A stretch of 64,000 bases of DNA from Bdellovibrionales bacterium. Its GTDB lineage: Bacteria > Bdellovibrionota > Bdellovibrionia > Bdellovibrionales > UBA1609. A program made the translations under genes and the position numbers. Positions within the stretch are counted from its first letter, which is position 1; each line of letters starts with the position of its first letter. A model generated the notes under the pieces. The model did no database searches. It worked only from the letters and a program-made list of their open reading frames with translations, and was not told where the DNA came from. The DNA is taken from positions 44,315 through 108,314 of the forward strand of contig JBPCUO010000056.1 in NCBI GenBank assembly GCA_051011135.1. Reading direction: 5' to 3'. Shown here in pieces: positions 48,250-58,017 of this stretch.

Positions 48250-49707
48250 TTAATTACTCATATTATTTAAAAAATCTTGATTCGTCTTGCTCGATTTAAG
48301 CTTATCAAGAAGAAATTCCATACTGTCCAAAACTCCCATAGGGGCCAGAACTTTTCTTAAAATATAAAGACGACCTAATTCTTGTTTAGGAACTAAAAGA
48401 TCTTCTTTTCGAGTTCCTGATTTATTAATATCCATACATGGAAACATCCTTTTTTCCATTAATTTTCTATCAAGTTGGATTTCTGAATTTCCAGTTCCTT
48501 TAAATTCTTCAAAAATAACTTCATCCATTCGAGAACCTGTATCCACTAAAGCTGTTGCTATAATTGTTAAACTTCCACCTTCTTCAATATTTCTTGCAGC
48601 TCCAAAAAATCTTTTTGGCTTATGAAGAGCATTCGAATCCACTCCACCTGAAAGAATTTTTCCTGAAGGTGGTATCACTGTATTATAGGCTCTTGCTAAT
48701 CTTGTAATAGAATCTAATAAAACAACCACATCTTTTTTATTTTCTACAAGTCGTTTTGCTTTTTCTATAACCATTTCAGCAACTTGAACATGTCTATGAG
48801 GGGGCTCATCAAAAGTGGAAGAGACAACTTCTCCTTTCACATTTCGAGACATATCGGTTACTTCTTCTGGCCTTTCATCAATAAGTAAAACTATTAAAGT
48901 TACCTCTGGATGATTCGCTGAAATAGCATTTGCAATATTTTGAAGAATAACTGTTTTACCTGTTCTCGGTGGAGCGACAATTAAAGCTCTTTGTCCTTTA
49001 CCTAAAGGAACCATTAAATCTACAACTCGAGTTGTATACTCTTTAGGCATCCACTCTAAGCAAAATCTTTCTTCAGGATAAAGAGGTGTTAGGTTATCAA
49101 ATAAAATTTTATCTCTGCTTTTTTCTATAGGATTAAAATTCAATTGATCCATTTTTAAAAGAGCAAAATAACGCTCATTATCTTTAGGAGGGCGTATTGT
49201 TCCATTAATGGAATCTCCCGTTCTTAAACCAAGCTTTCTAATTTGTGCTGGACTTACATAAATATCATCGACAGCCGGTAAATAATTATAATCAGGAGAT
49301 CTTAAAAATCCATAATTATCAGGAAGCACTTCAAGCACTCCACTTCCTAAAATATCACCTAACTGACCTGCTCTTTTTAAAATTTCAAAAACAATATCCT
49401 GGCGCTTCATAGCTCCTGGATTTTCTATTTTTAGTTTTTGAGCAAGTTTATTTAAAGATTGAATATCTTTAACTCTTAAAGTTTTTAAATCTAAATCCTG
49501 TTTTTCTTGATCTGTTAATTTAATATCCGAAAGATCAACAGGTTCTGAAGGTTCTCCCATTTGATCTTTTTTAGATTTTTCATTCCCTTGAGAATGACTA
49601 TGATTATTCCCACGATAATGATTTCTCTTCCCATTATTTTTATGATGAGTATATTTTTCTCGATGATGAGATGAGCCTTTATAGTTTCCTTTTTCAGTAT
49701 CAGACAT
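48250..49707 (-). CDS. rho: Transcription termination factor Rho with a ~73-aa low-complexity N-terminal extension
   Basis: RNA-binding YGFLRS, Walker A PPRTGKT and Q/R-loop regions are conserved. Residues 1 to ~73 are rich in H, N, K, G and S and precede the canonical N-terminal helix bundle ([32 protein letters not shown]). Confidence 0.95.
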   Translation of the reverse strand: MSDTEKGNYKGSSHHREKYTHHKNNGKRNHYRGNNHSHSQGNEKSKKDQMGEPSEPVDLSDIKLTDQEKQDLDLKTLRVKDIQSLNKLAQKLKIENPGAMKRQDIVFEILKRAGQLGDILGSGVLEVLPDNYGFLRSPDYNYLPAVDDIYVSPAQIRKLGLRTGDSINGTIRPPKDNERYFALLKMDQLNFNPIEKSRDKILFDNLTPLYPEERFCLEWMPKEYTTRVVDLMVPLGKGQRALIVAPPRTGKTVILQNIANAISANHPEVTLIVLLIDERPEEVTDMSRNVKGEVVSSTFDEPPHRHVQVAEMVIEKAKRLVENKKDVVVLLDSITRLARAYNTVIPPSGKILSGGVDSNALHKPKRFFGAARNIEEGGSLTIIATALVDTGSRMDEVIFEEFKGTGNSEIQLDRKLMEKRMFPCMDINKSGTRKEDLLVPKQELGRLYILRKVLAPMGVLDSMEFLLDKLKSSKTNQDFLNNMSN

Positions 49708-49919
49708 AATTTTTACTTTTTTTGATTGATTTATCTTGTGATGAGATTATTTGTTGAAATTCTTTCAGAAGAATAAAAGCTATCCTTCTTTTTGTCAAAT
49801 TTTTTAATAAATTTTTTAAAAAACCTATAGAAGCGAGTAAATTATACCTAGAAAGTCTTAAAAGAAGTTTCTATAGGGTAGCCCCTTAATCATTATAATA
49901 GCTAAACCGTTAATTTCTG

Positions 49920-50606
49920 TTAAAAATTAAATACAATACCCAGATTTCCAAATATTTCTAAATATTTATAATAATACGATCTTTTATCAATTTCTGTTTT
50001 TTTATCATAAAGGAAGCTTTGCTCAGTAGTATTAACTGTTATTTTCTCGCCATCAAGGTCGGTTATTTTTAAATTAATTTCCGCTATTATATCTAAATAA
50101 TCAAAAACCTCTAAAAATCGAACTCCTGTAAAAAATTGAATACTCGTCGTAGATTCGCTTGGTAAAGATTTAATTTTACGCCTTGGAAAAAGGGTATAAC
50201 CCAAACCTGCACCTATATAAATTGGAAATTCACTACTCATAGAAGGAGTGCTAAACCGATAAACCATTTCAATACCTGTTGCTCGTTCTGTTTCTAATCT
50301 CACTGATTGAATTCCCATTTGTAATTCAAAATCAACAGCAGAAGATAGTTCTATAATGCTTTTTTGAAACCCTAACCTAAAAGAAGAAAAAGCTGGTAAA
50401 TGACCTTCCTTACTTTCTTTAAACAGAGAAGTTCCAGAATATAAAATAAAGTCACTGTTTTTATTAAAGAAACTAGAATTTTTCTTTCTTTTCATGTTTC
50501 TCTTTTTTTTCTGAACTTTAGCGTATTTTACTGAAGACTCTGTTAAAGGTTTTGTATCTCCATAAGCTTGAATAGAAAATAACAAAATAAAAATAGACCA
50601 TTTCAT
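49920..50606 (-). CDS. Outer-membrane beta-barrel protein (small OMP)
   Basis: Signal peptide, alternating hydrophobic beta-strand pattern and a C-terminal aromatic residue (…GIVFNF). Confidence 0.6.
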   Translation of the reverse strand: MKWSIFILLFSIQAYGDTKPLTESSVKYAKVQKKKRNMKRKKNSSFFNKNSDFILYSGTSLFKESKEGHLPAFSSFRLGFQKSIIELSSAVDFELQMGIQSVRLETERATGIEMVYRFSTPSMSSEFPIYIGAGLGYTLFPRRKIKSLPSESTTSIQFFTGVRFLEVFDYLDIIAEINLKITDLDGEKITVNTTEQSFLYDKKTEIDKRSYYYKYLEIFGNLGIVFNF

Positions 50607-50684
50607 AAATTCCCCTTTGTTAAGATTTTTATTACTAAATAATTACAAACTATATCAGATAAAATATCAAGATATTTAACGAGG

Positions 50685-52067
50685 TTAAATTCTTACATCT
50701 GGTGATGTGTAATCAAAAGCTTTTCGCTGTCTTCTTTTTCTAACTAGAATTTTTAACATAAGTATTATTAAAAGTAAGAACCCACCCATAATTCCTAAAC
50801 TCTCTTTATTTTTCATCACGAAATTTATATAGTAAATATAGTCTTCTTTTTCCGGTATATTAATTTCAGGAAGAGAAGGAATTTCTGGTAACCCTGCTGC
50901 TTCTTCTCCATCCTCACCAAGACTCGTATCTGCTTGCATAGGAGGAGTTTCTGGTTCTGGCATTGGTTCTGGTTCTGGGGGCTTGCTTCCTACTGGCCAG
51001 TAAAAGATTTTAACTTCTCTATTCGCCTTCCATTTAGCTTGTAAATCAGGATTTGTGGACCAAATTTCCTTCCAACTTTTTGGATGACCTAAGAGTTGAG
51101 AAAAAACATTTCTAATATTGTCACCTACAGACAAAATATGAGTAGAAGGTGGTATTTTAAAATCTTCATAGTAAAAAAGTAATTGATTTCGATCATTAGG
51201 TCGTTGAGGAGAGTTGTAATAAATTTTATTTCCTACGGCTAAGGCTCGATTTTTTAAATGCGGATTAATCTTATAAAGAGTTGCTACTTGATCCGATTCA
51301 TAAATTTTTTGACTAATGCTTTTTAAAGTATCTCCAGGGCGAACAATATAAACTCCATTCACTAAGTAAGAGCTCTTCTCATAAGGAGTTGTTTTAATTT
51401 TTTGTAAAGGTCTGTTTTTCTTAACGACAGGAGTTTGAGGAGTCGTTTCCGAAATATCATCTTCTAAAGTGGGAGTTGTTTCCTGAACGAGAGAAGAATC
51501 TTCTTCTACTTGAAAAGCATCGCCAATATCACTTGAAGTGTCTTGATCCTCTAATGAGCTATAATCATCATCTTTTTCTTCGTAATTATTCTTATCGTCT
51601 TCCTCTTCTTCTATTTCTTCGTAATCGTCTACATCATATTCTTCCTCGTCTTCGTCTTCTTCTTTTTCCTCGTCTTCCTCTTCTTCGTCTTCAATATATT
51701 CTTCATCACCGTCTTCTTCATAACCTTCTTCATCATCTATGACTTCTTCTTCTAAATCACTTTTATCTTTAATTCCAAAAAGCCTTTTAAAAAATCCTAC
51801 AATACCATAGGATCCATCGTCTTCATCTTCGTACTCTTCGTCTTCATCTTCCATGTCCTCTTCGTCTTCTTCCTCATCATCATCTTCTTCTTCTTCGTCT
51901 TCTTCTTCCATGTCTTCTTCGTCTTCGTCGTACTCTTCATCTTCAGAAGACTCTTCAAGACTTTCCATTTCTTCAATAGAAGTATCTGTTTCAGATTTAA
52001 AACCTAGATAAGAACATCCTGTTAAAAAATAAAGAGATAAAATAAGATAAAGTATTAAGTTTTTCAA
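50685..52067 (-). CDS. LysM-domain lipoprotein with a ~150-aa Asp/Glu-rich region and a C-terminal TM anchor
   Basis: TTG start. Lipobox LTGC, a very long D/E tract, a LysM-like segment (YIVRPGDTLKSISQKIY...LYKINP) and a second degenerate one, a Pro-rich stretch, a TM helix (GGFLLLIILMLKILV) and a basic tail. Confidence 0.7.
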   Translation of the reverse strand: MKNLILYLILSLYFLTGCSYLGFKSETDTSIEEMESLEESSEDEEYDEDEEDMEEEDEEEEDDDEEEDEEDMEDEDEEYEDEDDGSYGIVGFFKRLFGIKDKSDLEEEVIDDEEGYEEDGDEEYIEDEEEEDEEKEEDEDEEEYDVDDYEEIEEEEDDKNNYEEKDDDYSSLEDQDTSSDIGDAFQVEEDSSLVQETTPTLEDDISETTPQTPVVKKNRPLQKIKTTPYEKSSYLVNGVYIVRPGDTLKSISQKIYESDQVATLYKINPHLKNRALAVGNKIYYNSPQRPNDRNQLLFYYEDFKIPPSTHILSVGDNIRNVFSQLLGHPKSWKEIWSTNPDLQAKWKANREVKIFYWPVGSKPPEPEPMPEPETPPMQADTSLGEDGEEAAGLPEIPSLPEINIPEKEDYIYYINFVMKNKESLGIMGGFLLLIILMLKILVRKRRQRKAFDYTSPDVRI

Positions 52068-52189
52068 AGTGCTGACTTCCCTGTTGTAGCCTTGAGTCTA
52101 ACCTATAATCCAAGCATATGTTGAATAGAATTTAAACTTTTTAAGCCTATGGTCGTGACACGATTTGGCAAGTTTTTAAGCAGAATCTT

Positions 52190-53617
52190 TTAGTCTTTTA
52201 ATCGTTTTTTTAATAATTGAGCAACTTTTTCAGGATGAGCCTGTCCTTTTGTTTCTTTCATAATTTGGCCCACAAAAAAACCAAAAACTTTTGTTCGGCC
52301 TCCCTTATAATCCTCTACTTGCTTAGGGTTATTTAATAAAACTTTATCTACCCATTCTGCCAAGATGCTTTCGTCTGAAATTTGTTTTAGGTTTTTTTCT
52401 TCAATAATATTTTTAGGATTTTTTTGAGTCTTCCACATAATGTCAAAAATATCTTTAGCCATTTTATTAGAGATATCTCCTTGATTGATAAAACAAATCA
52501 ATTCAGCAAGCTGATCTGTCGTAATAGGACACTGCTTTATATTTAAATGAGATTCCTTTAAAAAAGCCTGAAGTTCTCCAATAATCCAATGACTTGTTAT
52601 TTCGGGAGATTTTGTTTTTAAAACAACTTTTTCAAAATAATCCGCAAGATATTTATCTTCTACTAAAAGATCAATGGCGCTTATAGGGAGTTGATACTCT
52701 TTTTGAAACCTTTCTGCTTTTTCAAAAGCAAGTTCTGGAAGCCGGATTTGATTCAAAAAATCGGCTTCAAAAGAAATGCGGGGAAAATCTGGATCTGTAA
52801 AATAGCGATAATCACTTGCTCCCTCTTTAGAACGCATCGCTTGAGTTTTATCTTTTGAAGAATCATAGAGACGAGTTTCTTGATAAATAGGCTCGTCAGA
52901 CTCTAAACAATTGATTTGTCTTTGTATTTCATATTTTAAAGCTTTTTCAATAAAACGAAAGGAATTGATATTTTTAATTTCAACTCTTGTTCCAAGAGTC
53001 TTAGAATTTTTTTTTCTAATACTCACATTACAATCACATCTCAAAGAGCCTTCTTCCAAATTCCCATCGCAAACTTCTAAATAACGCAAAACCCTTCGAA
53101 TCGTTTTTACACAAGCTGCTGCTGATTCTGGAGTTTTAATATCTGGTTTAGTCACAATTTCTAAAAGCGGAACTCCCGCTCTATTAAAATTAATTAAAGT
53201 TGCTGTTCCTTTATGCAAAGAACGACCTGCATCTTCTTCCATGTGTATTCTTTCTAAATCTACTTTTTGGAGATTGCCTTCTAAATAATATTTAACTTCT
53301 CCACCTTCACAAAAGGGTTTATCAGATTGAGAAATTTGATAACCCTTAGGTAAATCAGGATAAAAATAATTTTTTCTAGCAAATCTATTCTTGCTTTTAA
53401 TATTTCCATTAAAAGCTTTAGCTGTTTTTACAGCCCAAAAAAGAGCCTGTTTATTAAGAGCAGGCAAAGTTCCTGGATGACCTAAACTAATAGGATGTAT
53501 TTGATTGTTTTGCTCATCACTAAATTGAGCTCCATCGGGAGAAAACATTTTACTTTTTGTTTTTAATTGAGCATGTATTTCTAAACCAATAACTGGTTCC
53601 CAGCAATTAGATTCCAT
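52190..53617 (-). CDS. gatB: Asp/Glu-tRNA amidotransferase subunit B
   Basis: N-terminal WEPVIGLEIHAQL and a full-length GatB pattern including the C-terminal YqeY-like tail. Confidence 0.95.
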   Translation of the reverse strand: MESNCWEPVIGLEIHAQLKTKSKMFSPDGAQFSDEQNNQIHPISLGHPGTLPALNKQALFWAVKTAKAFNGNIKSKNRFARKNYFYPDLPKGYQISQSDKPFCEGGEVKYYLEGNLQKVDLERIHMEEDAGRSLHKGTATLINFNRAGVPLLEIVTKPDIKTPESAAACVKTIRRVLRYLEVCDGNLEEGSLRCDCNVSIRKKNSKTLGTRVEIKNINSFRFIEKALKYEIQRQINCLESDEPIYQETRLYDSSKDKTQAMRSKEGASDYRYFTDPDFPRISFEADFLNQIRLPELAFEKAERFQKEYQLPISAIDLLVEDKYLADYFEKVVLKTKSPEITSHWIIGELQAFLKESHLNIKQCPITTDQLAELICFINQGDISNKMAKDIFDIMWKTQKNPKNIIEEKNLKQISDESILAEWVDKVLLNNPKQVEDYKGGRTKVFGFFVGQIMKETKGQAHPEKVAQLLKKRLKD

Positions 53618-55040
53618 TGGGCCTCTCTTTATAAAGTTGAAATTCTTTTTCTAAGGATAAAGCAATATCTAAAATATTTTGTTCTTTAAAAGCAGGCCCT
53701 ATCAGTTGAGCTCCTATAGGAAGTTTATTTTTAGAAAACGCGACAGGAAGAGTTAAGGCAGGAAGACCTGTTAAATTTGCAAAAACTGTAAATTGATCAT
53801 TAAGATAATTTTTCAAAACACCTACTTCTTCCTTAATTCTAGGAGCTGTTGTAGAAGAAACAGGAGATAAAATAGCATCACACTCTTTAAAAATATCCTC
53901 AAAAGAGGTTTTAATTAATTGACGAACCTGACAAGCTTTATAAAAATACTTATCATAATAACCTGAAGATAAAGAGAAAGTTCCCATAAGAATACGACGC
54001 TGAACCTCTAAACCAAAACCTTCTTTACGATTGAAACCATAAAAATCCTTCAAGCTTTTTGGAGATTTTTGACTTCTCAATCCGTACCTCACCCCATCAT
54101 AGCGAGATAAATTACTACTTGCTTCAGATGTAGAAATTAAATAATAAACAGGAACTCCGTAATCTAAAAAGGGCCATTTTTTTTCTATTAAATGGCAGCC
54201 CTTTGATTTTAAAACTTTTAAAACTTGCTTTTGAGACTCTCTAATCTCTGGATCCACTTCCTCCTGATTTTCCATGTTAAAATAGCAAACTTTTTTTCCT
54301 TTAATTTGAGGATTAAGTTGTTGATGGAAGTTTGTAGGTGGTAGATCTGCAGTTGTTAAATCTTTAGAATCTGAGCCTGTAATCATGTCTAAAATTAAAG
54401 CTCCATCTTCTACAGTATGAGTCAAAGGACCCGCTTGATCTAAACTTGAAGCATACGCAATGATTCCATAACGACTCACTCGTCCATAAGTAGGTTTGAT
54501 ACCTACTAAATTACAATAATGAGCAGGTAATCGAATAGAGCCACCTGTATCTGTTCCCAGTGAAGCAGGGCAAAGACGAGCCGCTACAGCGCTTGCGCTT
54601 CCACTGCTAGAGCCTCCAGAAACATGTAAGCGATTCCAAGGATTTTTTGTCGTTCCAAACGAAGAGTTTTTTCCTGTAGAGCCCATAGCAAATTCATCAT
54701 TATTACATTTTCCTAAAACAAAAGCTCCTGCCTCCTGCAATCTTTCTACAACTGTTGCTGAGTAAGCCGGTGTATAGTTTTCTAACATTTTAGAAGCCGC
54801 TGTTGTTTTTAAACCTTTTGTACAAAACATATCTTTAATGCCTAAAGGAATTCCAGCAAGAGGGCCTTTGGGCATGAAGTTTGCTATGTTTTTTAACCCT
54901 TCTTCATTTAATCTTAAAAAAGCCTGGAGATCAGGATTGTGTTTTTCTATTCGTTGGAGATGGTGATCAATAACTTCTTTAACAGAAATTTTTTTTTCTT
55001 TGATAGCTTTTGTAAAATCTGAAATTGTAAATAGATTCAT
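53607..55040 (-). CDS. gatA: Asp/Glu-tRNA amidotransferase subunit A
   Basis: Amidase signature GGSSSGSASAVAA and catalytic Ser/Lys contexts. Confidence 0.95.
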   Translation of the reverse strand: MNLFTISDFTKAIKEKKISVKEVIDHHLQRIEKHNPDLQAFLRLNEEGLKNIANFMPKGPLAGIPLGIKDMFCTKGLKTTAASKMLENYTPAYSATVVERLQEAGAFVLGKCNNDEFAMGSTGKNSSFGTTKNPWNRLHVSGGSSSGSASAVAARLCPASLGTDTGGSIRLPAHYCNLVGIKPTYGRVSRYGIIAYASSLDQAGPLTHTVEDGALILDMITGSDSKDLTTADLPPTNFHQQLNPQIKGKKVCYFNMENQEEVDPEIRESQKQVLKVLKSKGCHLIEKKWPFLDYGVPVYYLISTSEASSNLSRYDGVRYGLRSQKSPKSLKDFYGFNRKEGFGLEVQRRILMGTFSLSSGYYDKYFYKACQVRQLIKTSFEDIFKECDAILSPVSSTTAPRIKEEVGVLKNYLNDQFTVFANLTGLPALTLPVAFSKNKLPIGAQLIGPAFKEQNILDIALSLEKEFQLYKERPNGI

Positions 55041-55045
55041 AATTT

Positions 55046-55330
55046 TTATACGACAGGGGGAACTTTAACAAGATTTCCTTGTTTTTCTGGAACTTGCTCT
55101 AAGAGCTTCGTTTTTGCATCAAAATCAACAACCTCATCTTCTCTGAGTCTTAACTTAACATCGAAAGGGGTGGTTAAAGGAGGAACTTGATCTGTTTTAA
55201 TATCCTTAATTTTTTCAAAATAAGAAAGGGTTTCTTTTAAATACTTTAAAAAAGCATCTTTTTCCTGCTCATCTAATTTAAGAGCTGCTAAAAGAGAAAT
55301 ATTATCTAGCAAGTTCTTTTCTATTTTCAT
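55046..55330 (-). CDS. gatC: Asp/Glu-tRNA amidotransferase subunit C
   Basis: 94 aa, positioned ahead of gatA-gatB, with the LREDEV motif region. Confidence 0.85.
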   Translation of the reverse strand: MKIEKNLLDNISLLAALKLDEQEKDAFLKYLKETLSYFEKIKDIKTDQVPPLTTPFDVKLRLREDEVVDFDAKTKLLEQVPEKQGNLVKVPPVV

Positions 55331-55396
55331 AAAACCAACCTTCTTTTTACTTGGTTTTTTAAATCATACTTGATTGAAAAGCAATAAGATTTAATA

Positions 55397-57475
55397 ATGA
55401 AAAGGAACTTAATAAAACTTATGAGTAAGAAAATCCTTAACAAAATTCAAGATTTAAAAAAACAAATCCTTTATCACGATCATTTGTATTATAATCTAGA
55501 TCAATCCAAAATTTCTGACTTTGAATATGACCTTCTCTATAAAGAACTTGCAGATCTTGAGCAGCAATATCCTGAGCTTAAAACAGAAGATTCTCCTACG
55601 CAAAGAATGCCTGGGAAACCCTTAGATAAATTTCAAAAAGAGTCTCATCGTCAAATGATGCTCTCTTTACAAAATAGTTACTCTCAAAAAGAGGTGGAAG
55701 ATTTTTACAATAGAATGAAAAAACTTTTAGAAATAGAGGAGCCTGAATTTTTTTTAGAACCTAAATTTGATGGAGCGGCTGTAGAGTTAATTTATGAAAA
55801 GGGTCTGCTTACAAAAGCTCTCTCTCGAGGAGATGGTAAAGTGGGAGAAAATATTACTCAAAATATCAAAACCATTCGTGAAATTCCTTTAAAACTTGCA
55901 GGCAAAAAGGAGCAAAAAATACCTCGGCTTTTGGAAGTAAGAGGAGAAGTTATTATTTTTAAAAAAGATTTTGAACAAATTAACAAACAACAAGCTGAAC
56001 TGGGAGAGCCTTTGTTTGCAAATCCTAGAAATTTAGCCTCAGGCTCCTTAAGGCAATTAGATTCTAGTATTGCTGCTAGAAGACCTCTTCGTTTTTACGC
56101 TCATAGCTTAGGGGCTTATGATGAAATTACTATCTCTACTCAAAAAGATTTTATCAATCTATTAAAATCTTTTTCTCTGCCCTGTTTTGAAAGTAAAAAC
56201 TTAAAACAAATACCAAATCTTTATAAAGTGTCCCGATCTTTAAAAGAAATTTTGAAATACTATTCAGAGGTTGAAAAAGTTCGCTCCCTCCTGCCTTTTG
56301 AAATTGATGGAATTGTCATAAAAATAAATTCTTTAGAGCTCCAAAAACAAGTTGGTCAAATTGCTAGAAGTCCTAGGTGGGCTATTGCTAGTAAATTTCA
56401 TCCTGAAGAATCAATAACTCAAGTTAAGGATATTGTTTTACAAGTGGGACGAACTGGAATTGTCACCCCTGTTGCTATTATGGAGCCGGTTCTTTTATCA
56501 GGTGTCACTATTCGCCAAGCAAGTCTTCATAACTTTAAAGAAGTCGGGAGAAAAGATATTCGTTTAAATGATTTTGTGGTTATTCATAGAGCAGGAGATG
56601 TTATACCAGAAATTTTAAAATCTTTACCTCATAAGAGAAAGAAAAATTCTCAAGCTCTTAAAGCTCCTACTCATTGTCCTGTTTGTAAAAAAACTCTTTA
56701 TCCTGATGGAGATTACCTAAGATGCCAGAATATTTTTTGTGATTCTATTCGAGAACGAACTTTGATTCACTTTGCTTCAAAAAAAGCTATGAATATAGAA
56801 TTTTTAGGAGAGAAAAACATAAAAAAATTCTATCAATGGGGTTGGCTGCCTAATTTTTCTTCTTTTTATGATCTTCCTAATAAGCCTTTAGCAGAACAGG
56901 AAGGTTTTGGAAAAAAATCTTATGATTTGCTTTTAAAAAGTTTAGAAAATAGCAAGCAAACAACTCTTCCTAAACTTCTTTTTTCTTTAGGAATTCAAAA
57001 TATTGGAGAACAAACTGCTCAAAGAATTAGTGAGACAGTCTGTAAAAATCTTCTTGCTAAAAATTATAATCTTAAAAAGATTATTCCTCTCTTGCAAAAA
57101 TTAAAAGAAGAAGATCTCGTAGAAATTACAGATATAGGCCCTACAGTTGCTAAATCATTCACAGATGCTTTTCAAAATAAAAATTTAATAAAAGATCTTA
57201 TCAATCTTGAAAAAAAAGGATGTACTTTTATAAAAGAAATTAAAGGCACCAAGCTCCAAGGTCTTCAATTTGTTATCACAGGAACTTTTGATATAGGACG
57301 AAAAGAACTGGAGGATCTCATCAAACAACAAGGGGGACATGTCCTGGCTCAAATTAGTCAAAAAACCAATTATTTACTAATAGGCAACCAGCCAGGTTCT
57401 AAAAAAGAAAAAGCCAAAAAATTAAATATTCCGTTGCTTCAATGGGAAGAGTTTAAAAAACTATCTTCTCTTTAA
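55397..57475 (+). CDS. ligA: NAD-dependent DNA ligase
   Basis: Adenylation motif EPKFDGAAV, Zn finger CPVC...C..IFC, and HhH and BRCT regions. An alternative start lies at M9 (55421). Confidence 0.95.
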   Translation: MKRNLIKLMSKKILNKIQDLKKQILYHDHLYYNLDQSKISDFEYDLLYKELADLEQQYPELKTEDSPTQRMPGKPLDKFQKESHRQMMLSLQNSYSQKEVEDFYNRMKKLLEIEEPEFFLEPKFDGAAVELIYEKGLLTKALSRGDGKVGENITQNIKTIREIPLKLAGKKEQKIPRLLEVRGEVIIFKKDFEQINKQQAELGEPLFANPRNLASGSLRQLDSSIAARRPLRFYAHSLGAYDEITISTQKDFINLLKSFSLPCFESKNLKQIPNLYKVSRSLKEILKYYSEVEKVRSLLPFEIDGIVIKINSLELQKQVGQIARSPRWAIASKFHPEESITQVKDIVLQVGRTGIVTPVAIMEPVLLSGVTIRQASLHNFKEVGRKDIRLNDFVVIHRAGDVIPEILKSLPHKRKKNSQALKAPTHCPVCKKTLYPDGDYLRCQNIFCDSIRERTLIHFASKKAMNIEFLGEKNIKKFYQWGWLPNFSSFYDLPNKPLAEQEGFGKKSYDLLLKSLENSKQTTLPKLLFSLGIQNIGEQTAQRISETVCKNLLAKNYNLKKIIPLLQKLKEEDLVEITDIGPTVAKSFTDAFQNKNLIKDLINLEKKGCTFIKEIKGTKLQGLQFVITGTFDIGRKELEDLIKQQGGHVLAQISQKTNYLLIGNQPGSKKEKAKKLNIPLLQWEEFKKLSSL

Positions 57476-57696
57476 ATATCTGATGAAGGGGGGTTTAAAA
57501 GCGCATCTAAATTAGGAACATGAGAAGCTTTAACAGTTTTTAATTTATCTGCAACAACTCTTTCCGCTGCCTGAGCGCAAACTTTCATACAAACTTTTTC
57601 AAGCTCTCGATTCAGTGTTGAAATCGCTTCATCTGAAGTTCTTAGTCCCTTTTCTTTAAATATATCTTTAATTTTTTTTGTTACTAGTAAAGCCAT
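57472..57696 (-). CDS. Small histone-fold-like DNA-binding protein candidate (bacterial histone / DUF1931-like)
   Basis: 74 aa. AAGGAGGG SD 5 nt upstream of the ATG. Predicted short helix, loop, ~28-aa helix, loop, short helix layout. The sequence pattern is discussed in findings. Confidence 0.6.
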   Translation of the reverse strand: MALLVTKKIKDIFKEKGLRTSDEAISTLNRELEKVCMKVCAQAAERVVADKLKTVKASHVPNLDALLNPPSSDI

Positions 57697-57721
57697 GAAG
57701 CCCTCCTTTTGTTGTAAATTT

Positions 57722-57931
57722 TTATTGTTTTCCTTTAGAGTTTCCTTTTATTTTTTTATCTTTTCTTTTTTTAGAATAAGATTCTCTATCAAGATAAGAA
57801 AGTAATTTATCGTATTTATTATCTTCTAAATTTTCACCACGAGAATACAAGCAAGTATCACTAGAAAATGATTTTAAATCGGCAAAAGTTCCAAAAGTTA
57901 AAAATACACTCATCACAATCAATACTGTCAT
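57722..57931 (-). CDS. Small secreted basic protein, hypothetical
   Basis: 69 aa with an AAGAGGGG SD 7 nt upstream, a signal-like N-terminus (MTVLIVMSVFLTFGTFA) and a Lys-rich tail. Confidence 0.45.
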   Translation of the reverse strand: MTVLIVMSVFLTFGTFADLKSFSSDTCLYSRGENLEDNKYDKLLSYLDRESYSKKRKDKKIKGNSKGKQ

Positions 57932-57951
57932 TGGTTTACCCCTCTTTATTA

Positions 57952-57980
57952 ATTATGATAAATAAGGCTGATTAAAACAA
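57952..57980 (-). promoter_or_regulatory. Tentative sigma70-type promoter for the small-ORF and histone-like gene pair
   Basis: On the minus strand, TTGTTT, a 17-nt spacer, then CATAAT, about 20 nt upstream of the small ORF start. Pattern match only. Confidence 0.3.
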
Positions 57981-58017
57981 TAAAAAAAATCACTTTCTCT
58001 CATTTTGAAACATCTTT

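Noticed and set aside
1966-51742. Seventeen short track ORFs (60-99 aa) nested inside or antisense to well-supported genes: 1966-2154, 4368-4583, 6521-6727, 7479-7667, 12025-12288, 14798-15001, 15400-15621, 15470-15730, 15748-15930, 22378-22626, 28120-28305, 32491-32685, 33434-33619, 33815-34027, 35228-35497, 36913-37161 and 46581-46820.
   Set aside because: Each lies wholly within a longer ORF that has clear family motifs. Their translations are low-complexity (Phe/Leu/Ile/Lys-rich), as expected for alternative frames of AT-rich coding DNA, and none has an obvious SD.
51476-51742. 88-aa plus-strand ORF rich in Leu, Arg, His and Pro, opposite the acidic tract of the LysM gene. A similar 69-aa ORF lies at 30542-30751, opposite the EAPQEE repeats.
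   Set aside because: Both are mirror images of GAA/GAT/GAG-rich repeats. The antisense of codon-biased acidic repeats is stop-free by construction, and nothing independent supports these ORFs.
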